This document shows positions 58,942-64,000 of a stretch of 64,000 nt of DNA, one piece after another. The stretch's first letter is position 1; every line of letters begins with the position of its first letter. The notes beneath the pieces were generated by a model. The model was given only the letters and a program-made list of their open reading frames with translations, did no database searches and was not told where the DNA came from. The position numbers and the translations under genes are program-made. Origin of the DNA: an uncultured Spirochaetota bacterium (GTDB taxonomy: Bacteria > Spirochaetota > Spirochaetia > SZUA-6 > Fen-1364); NCBI GenBank assembly GCA_963820525.1, contig CAWGAA010000001.1, positions 2,560,001 to 2,624,000 of the forward strand. Reading direction: 5' to 3'.

Positions 58942-60026
58942 TGGGGTTTGAATCGGTTCGGTTCTTCAACTTCCGCAATCTCAGGGATCGGGAGCTCTCC
59001 CTGGGCGCGAAGGAGGTCTTTCTCATCGGCGAGAACGGCCAGGGGAAAACCAACCTGATCGAGGCGATCTACCTGCTGAGCGTGGCTTCCTCCTTCAGGG
59101 AGAATCGCGACTCCGTAATGTTTCGCGATTCCCAGGCCGAGATGGGCCTGTCCGGCCGCTATACCGACCCCATGGGGGGGGTGAAGGTGGTGGACCTCCG
59201 GGTCCGGACCGGCATGAAAAAAGAGATCAGGGTGGACGGCAGGCCCCTGATTGATCGCAGAGAGCTCATCGGCCAGGTCCTTTGCATCTGCTTCGTTCAG
59301 CAGGACATGGATTTCGTCGCCGGGACCCCCGAGGCCAGGCGCCGCTTCTTCGACCAGACCCTCGTCCTTTCAACCCCTGCCTTCATCGAAACCCTCCGAG
59401 CGTACCGCAAAGTGCTCAAGGCGCGGAACTTCGTGCTCAAACAGCGCCGGGAAGAGCTTTTGGACGCATACGATAAACAGCTCGCCGCCTTCGGGCTCGA
59501 GCTGACCGCCGGACGCGCATCACTGGTTCGCCGGTTCAACACCGTTTTTTCTCCGCTCTTCAAGGACATCATGGGCGTAGAGACGCCTGTCGAGATCCGC
59601 TATGCTCCTTCCTGGCGGGAGACGTCGAGCGCCGCTGAGGCTGAAGAGCTCCTCGCGGCGATGCGCGGCAGGGATCTCGCTTTCGGAGCGTCCACGACAG
59701 GGCCTCACCGCGACCTGTTTCAGTTCTCCTGCGACGGCAGGGATTTTGCCGCCTACGCTTCGACGGGACAGATGCGCTTGTGCGCCCTCGTCCTCCGAGT
59801 GGCTCAGGCCGCCTTCCTGGCCGAGCGTACGGGAAAGAAACCAGTACTCCTCCTCGACGACGTTCTCTTGGAGCTCGATCCGGCAAAGAAGAGGGCCTTT
59901 ATCTCCCGGCTCCCCGAAAGCGAGCAGGCCTTCTTCACATTTCTTCCTGACGAGAACTATCTCCCCTATCGGGGCGACGCCACTCTCCTTCTTGCCGTGG
60001 AAAATGGGGATTTCCGCGCATGGTGA
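58941..60026 (+). CDS. recF: RecF
   Basis: FRNL, GENGQGKTNLIEAI, GPHRD, STGQ, LLLDDVLLELD. Confidence 0.95.
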   Translation: MGFESVRFFNFRNLRDRELSLGAKEVFLIGENGQGKTNLIEAIYLLSVASSFRENRDSVMFRDSQAEMGLSGRYTDPMGGVKVVDLRVRTGMKKEIRVDGRPLIDRRELIGQVLCICFVQQDMDFVAGTPEARRRFFDQTLVLSTPAFIETLRAYRKVLKARNFVLKQRREELLDAYDKQLAAFGLELTAGRASLVRRFNTVFSPLFKDIMGVETPVEIRYAPSWRETSSAAEAEELLAAMRGRDLAFGASTTGPHRDLFQFSCDGRDFAAYASTGQMRLCALVLRVAQAAFLAERTGKKPVLLLDDVLLELDPAKKRAFISRLPESEQAFFTFLPDENYLPYRGDATLLLAVENGDFRAW

Positions 60027-60316
60027 AGAAAATCGGCGATGTCCTGCGGGAGTTTCTCAAGGAGCGGGGATGGCCGGCTGAAGATCCCTGCTCCGCCGTG
60101 TTCCTGAACTGGAAGAGCATTGTCGGGGAGACTTTCGGGGAGCATTCGTGGCCCATGGAGGTGGAAGACGGGACGCTTGTCGTGGAGGTCGATCACCCGG
60201 GCTGGATGCAGATGTTTCTCCTCAGGAAAGGCTGCCTGCTGGAATCCGTGAGGAAGGTCTCTCCGCGGGCGGGAATTCGAGACCTGCGCGTCCGCCTCCG
60301 GGCCAGATGCCCATAG
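60020..60316 (+). CDS. DUF721 / DciA family protein
   Basis: WKSIVG...GTLVVEVDHPGW. Typical position after recF. Confidence 0.82.
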   Translation: MVKKIGDVLREFLKERGWPAEDPCSAVFLNWKSIVGETFGEHSWPMEVEDGTLVVEVDHPGWMQMFLLRKGCLLESVRKVSPRAGIRDLRVRLRARCP

Positions 60317-60360
60317 GGGCCGGATGCGGTGCGCAGGCGGCGGCATCGACTTTCGAGGCA

Positions 60361-60389
60361 TTGACACGATACCGGAGAATCCCTATATT
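60361..60389 (+). promoter_or_regulatory. Sigma70 promoter of rpmH-rnpA-yidD-yidC-jag
   Basis: TTGACA-17 bp-TATATT. Confidence 0.75.
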
Positions 60390-60453
60390 CATTTGGTTCA
60401 TTTCAGCCGTGTAATAAACCCTGGTTGTCCAGGATATCAAGGAGCTTATTCAC

Positions 60454-60609
60454 ATGAAGCGCACCTATCAGCCCAGCAAGGTCAAGAGAACGAGAAAATT
60501 CGGGTTTCGGGCGCGAATGAAGACCAAGGGCGGCAGGCTCGTCCTCAAGCGCAGGAGGGCGAAAGGTAGGATCAAGCTGACCGCCTCAGATGAGAAAAAG
60601 CCTTACTAG
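60454..60609 (+). CDS. rpmH: 50S ribosomal protein L34 (not in the ORF track)
   Basis: Translates to [59 protein letters not shown]. Confidence 0.97.
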   Translation: MKRTYQPSKVKRTRKFGFRARMKTKGGRLVLKRRRAKGRIKLTASDEKKPY

Positions 60610-60928
60610 GAGCGAACGCCTCCGCGCGACGGGCGAGATAAGAGCCCTCCTGCGGTCCGCCAAGAGGATCGAAGGGCAGGGAGTAAAGCTGCTCTACCGG
60701 GACAACGGTGGGGGAGCAAACAGGATTGCAGTAATCGTCGGTCGAGGATGCGGCGGCGCTGTCCGGCGAAATCGCGAGAAGAGGATCACCCGGGAAGCCT
60801 ACCGCGAGCTGAAGCCGGAGCTCAAGCCTGGAAAGGACATGGTTTTCATCATCGGTAGATTCGGGCAAACCTCTGTCCAGAGACGGGAAGCCCTGCGCGG
60901 GCTTTTCAAGCGGGCGGACCTCTCGTGA
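60590..60928 (+). CDS. rnpA: RNase P protein
   Basis: LTRSERL and AVRRNREKR (RNR motif). Confidence 0.92.
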   Translation: MRKSLTRSERLRATGEIRALLRSAKRIEGQGVKLLYRDNGGGANRIAVIVGRGCGGAVRRNREKRITREAYRELKPELKPGKDMVFIIGRFGQTSVQRREALRGLFKRADLS

Positions 60929-61158
60929 TCGCATGGATCGAGAAGGCAGTGCGGTTTCTCGCCGTTTCCCCCATCAAGGTCTACCAGTATCTCGTCTCGC
61001 CGCTTTTCCCGCCCTCCTGCCGGTATGTTCCCACATGCTCCCAGTACGCCGTGGAAGCGATCATGAAATACGGAATCCTGAAGGGTGTGTATCTCGGGGT
61101 GCGCAGGCTCTTGCGCTGTCATCCCTTCCACCCCGGCGGATACGACCCCGTTCCATAG
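60925..61158 (+). CDS. yidD: Membrane protein insertion efficiency factor
   Basis: YQYLVSP...[10 protein letters not shown]...[14 protein letters not shown]. Confidence 0.95.
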   Translation: MIAWIEKAVRFLAVSPIKVYQYLVSPLFPPSCRYVPTCSQYAVEAIMKYGILKGVYLGVRRLLRCHPFHPGGYDPVP

Positions 61159-61167
61159 AGGAGATGC

Positions 61168-62997
61168 ATGGATAAAAGGACTCTCTTAGCCGTCGTAATC
61201 TCGGTGGCCATCCTCATCGCGGGAACGCTCATCCAGCAGTGGCTTTTCCCCGCGCCGCCGAGCAGGCAGACCCCGACCCCTGCGGCGACACAGCCGGCCA
61301 CGGAGGGACAGCAGGGCAGCCAGCCTCAGCCTCAGCCCGCCGGCGCATCCACGACAGCCGGGCAGCAGGCGCCCGGAAAGCCGGCGGGCATCGCGGCGCC
61401 CGGCGTGGTTGTGCCGGTCCCCCAAAGCGGCGCGATCCAGCCCGGGCTGGAGAAGGTGGAGCGCGATACATCGTTGTTCCATCTCACTTTCTCCCGCGAG
61501 GGAGGTGTTCTCACCTCGATCCAGCTGAAGAAATTCAAGAACGCGAACGGATCTCTCGTGGACATGGTGCTCCCCTCCACCACGGGGCAATATCCTTTCG
61601 ACATCTCCTTCGGGGATTACAAGACGCCGTGGATTACGGTCGCCTTCGATCTCAAGGAGACGGTGAGTCCCCAGCAGTCCGTATTCGAGTTCTCCCGTGC
61701 CTTCCTCTCGGTCACCGGCGTCCCCTTTACGCTTCGAAAGACCTACGTCTTCCACAACGACGAGTACATGATGGAGCTTCGCGTTTCCCTCGAGAACTCG
61801 GTGAACGACGTGCCGGACCTCGGGCCCGGCACCTACGCCTATTCCCTGAGCATCGGCCCCCAGATCGGCCCCCCTTTCCTGAAGCTGGACGGCAGGAGCG
61901 AGTACCGCTCTTTTTTCACCTATTCGAACAACAAGCTCAAGGACCTGGGAGGTCTCTCGGGCCAGGTGAAGGAGAGCAGTGACAGCCTCACATGGGCGGG
62001 GATCGTGGGAAAATACTTTACCGTGCTGGCCATTCCTGACGCAAATCAGTATCGCTACATCTTCGACGCCGAGAAGCTCGTCCCCAACTTCGACAGATCC
62101 GCCCTCTCCATCGAGCGGCCCAGGCTCAAGGCCGCCAAGACCCAGGACGTTTTCCGCTTCTATATCGGGCCAAAGATGAGGGAGATCTTGAGCCGTTACA
62201 ACGACACGGGCAACAACACCTTCGCCGTGAGCGATCTCAAGCTCGACGAGGTGATCAAATCTCCACCGATCATTGGGGGGCTGGCGCGGCTGTTGAGCTG
62301 GTTCCTTCTCCAGTTCTTCAAGGCAATCCCCAACTACGGCGTCGACATCATCCTGCTCACGCTGTTTCTGAAGCTCATTTTCCTGCCCCTGACGTTCAGG
62401 AGCTCCGAGGCCACAGCACGGATGCAGGCCCTGAACCCCAAGATCAGCGAGATCAGGGAAAGGCTCAAGGGCAAGCCGGACAAGATGAACCAGGAGATCG
62501 CGGAGCTCTACAGGAGAGAGAAGATCAATCCGCTGAGCGGCTGTCTGCCTCTTCTCCTGCAGCTTCCCATACTCTGGGCCTTCTACAGCATGCTGAGCGA
62601 CAACTTTTTCCTGCGGGGCTCCGGATTCATAGCGGGTTGGATCACGGACCTCTCCGCCCCCGAAGCGGTCTGGGATTTCTCTCCCTTCACCATCCCCATC
62701 GCGGGATGGCACAGCCTGCGCATCCTGCCCTTCCTGATGCTCGCCACCCAGTTTCTCACCACCAAGGTGACCACGCCCCAGGACTCCTCCCAGCAGGGCG
62801 CGCAGATGAAGCTCTTCACCTACGTGCTTCCGGCGGTATTCTTCTTCATCCTCTACGATATGCCGTCGGGGCTCGTGCTCTATTGGACAGTTCAAAACAT
62901 ATTCTCCATCTTCCAGCAGCTCTACATCAACTCCGTGAACAAGAAGAAGAAGCTGATGGCCGGGAAGGTGGAGGTGGTGAATACACGGAGGAAATAA
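61168..62997 (+). CDS. yidC: Membrane protein insertase YidC
   Basis: NYGVDIILLT, INPLSGCLPLLLQLPI, WITDLSAP, PSGLVLYW. Confidence 0.96.
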   Translation: MDKRTLLAVVISVAILIAGTLIQQWLFPAPPSRQTPTPAATQPATEGQQGSQPQPQPAGASTTAGQQAPGKPAGIAAPGVVVPVPQSGAIQPGLEKVERDTSLFHLTFSREGGVLTSIQLKKFKNANGSLVDMVLPSTTGQYPFDISFGDYKTPWITVAFDLKETVSPQQSVFEFSRAFLSVTGVPFTLRKTYVFHNDEYMMELRVSLENSVNDVPDLGPGTYAYSLSIGPQIGPPFLKLDGRSEYRSFFTYSNNKLKDLGGLSGQVKESSDSLTWAGIVGKYFTVLAIPDANQYRYIFDAEKLVPNFDRSALSIERPRLKAAKTQDVFRFYIGPKMREILSRYNDTGNNTFAVSDLKLDEVIKSPPIIGGLARLLSWFLLQFFKAIPNYGVDIILLTLFLKLIFLPLTFRSSEATARMQALNPKISEIRERLKGKPDKMNQEIAELYRREKINPLSGCLPLLLQLPILWAFYSMLSDNFFLRGSGFIAGWITDLSAPEAVWDFSPFTIPIAGWHSLRILPFLMLATQFLTTKVTTPQDSSQQGAQMKLFTYVLPAVFFFILYDMPSGLVLYWTVQNIFSIFQQLYINSVNKKKKLMAGKVEVVNTRRK

Positions 62998-62999
62998 AC

Positions 63000-63695
63000 A
63001 TGATCGTGAGGGAGTTCGAAGGAAAGAACGAAAAGGAGGCGATCGACAGGGCGATCGAGGAGCTCGGTCTGGATCGCAACGAAATCGATTTCGAGATCGT
63101 GGAGGCAAAACGGCCCGGCATCCTCTTCCGGGGCGGAAAGGTGAAGATCCGCGTCCACATGAGCGAGGAGCAGGAAGAGGAACCCCCCCCACAGCAGGGC
63201 TCCAGCGACCCCACTCCTCAGACACCCTTCGAGGAGAAGATCGTGGATTTCACCAGGGACCTTCTCGCCAAGATGGGCTTCCCGGCACAGGTCGTCGTCA
63301 ACCGCCGGGAGGAGAGGAGGTTGGGCCTCGACGTAGAGACGGAAAACTCAGCCATCCTGATCGGCAAGCAGGGAAAGACGTTGGAAGCATTCCAGTTCAT
63401 TGTGAACCTGGCGGCCGGCCGCATGGGGGGGGATTCCACGCGGATCGTGATCGATACCCAGGACTATAGAAGCCGCAGGGAGCGAAGCCTTATAAGAATG
63501 GCCAACCAGGTCGCCGAGCAGGTCCGTCGAAGCAGGGATTCGCGCCTTCTGGAGGCGATGAATCCCTTCGAGCGCAGGATCATCCACACTACTCTCGCCA
63601 CCCACGGAGACATCGAGACGGTGAGCGAGGGGGACGGGCTGTACAAGAGGATCCGGGTCATCTACCGCGGCAAACAGGGCTCCCGGAGGGAGTGA
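63000..63695 (+). CDS. jag: Jag/EloR (KhpB) RNA-binding protein
   Basis: Jag-N domain, KH (ILIGKQGKTL), R3H (ERRIIH), SEGDG. Start at ATG 63000. Confidence 0.93.
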   Translation: MIVREFEGKNEKEAIDRAIEELGLDRNEIDFEIVEAKRPGILFRGGKVKIRVHMSEEQEEEPPPQQGSSDPTPQTPFEEKIVDFTRDLLAKMGFPAQVVVNRREERRLGLDVETENSAILIGKQGKTLEAFQFIVNLAAGRMGGDSTRIVIDTQDYRSRRERSLIRMANQVAEQVRRSRDSRLLEAMNPFERRIIHTTLATHGDIETVSEGDGLYKRIRVIYRGKQGSRRE

Positions 63696-63700
63696 TCGCC

Positions 63701-63931
63701 GTGCCGATCTACGAATACCAGTGCAAGGATTGCGGATCCCCCTTCGAGCTTCTCGTGCGTTCCGACACCCGTATCGCGTGTCCCTCGTGCGACAGCGCGC
63801 GCGTGGTGAAGAAGCTCAGCCTCTTCTCGGCCCAGGTGAAGAAGGGGACGGAATCCGTTCCGTCCTGCCACACGGGCGCCTCCGGCTGCGACCTGGGCAA
63901 GTGCGGCTCCGGCTTCTGCGGGGTGGACTGA
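63701..63931 (+). CDS. FmdB-family zinc ribbon protein
   Basis: PIYEYQCKDCG...CPSCDS, Cys-rich tail, GGAGGGAG SD. Confidence 0.88.
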   Translation: MPIYEYQCKDCGSPFELLVRSDTRIACPSCDSARVVKKLSLFSAQVKKGTESVPSCHTGASGCDLGKCGSGFCGVD

Positions 63932-64000
63932 CAGGCCGTTTTTTCACATACTGGGCGCATGGCTGCGGGTGAGAGGACGGGGATCTCCGTCTGGGACCCG

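Noticed and set aside
61186..63225. 679-aa minus-strand ORF
   Set aside because: Antisense shadow of yidC/jag.

Overview
GC-rich chromosomal window containing the replication origin of a bacterium that is most likely a spirochaete (Spirochaetia). The gene order is gyrA-gyrB <- // -> dnaA-dnaN-recF-DUF721-rpmH-rnpA-yidD-yidC-jag, with nearby parAB, a perfect parS site, and a cluster of four tRNA-Ser genes, tRNA-Arg(GCG) and SRP RNA upstream of dnaX-ybaB-recR. No mobile elements or CRISPR-cas were found. The most unusual features are: (1) a gatC-gatA-gatB-aspS operon in which GatB (803 aa) is fused in frame to an L-asparaginase/GatD-like domain that has lost its first catalytic Thr (FGGAI in place of TGGTI); (2) a compact cyclic-nucleotide locus with two cNMP-GGDEF proteins carrying different active-site substitutions and a DHH-DHHA1 phosphodiesterase, convergent with a TPR lipoprotein and a membrane adenylate cyclase; (3) a CNNM-CBS Mg2+-transporter-like protein fused to a PTS EIIA domain; (4) a methanogen-type homocysteine/sulfur operon (DUF39, NIL-ferredoxin, UPF0280) and a C1 cluster (split purH, archaeal-like SHMT, AcsE-like methyltransferase, folD). 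All calls come from motif recognition by eye; no database searches were run.
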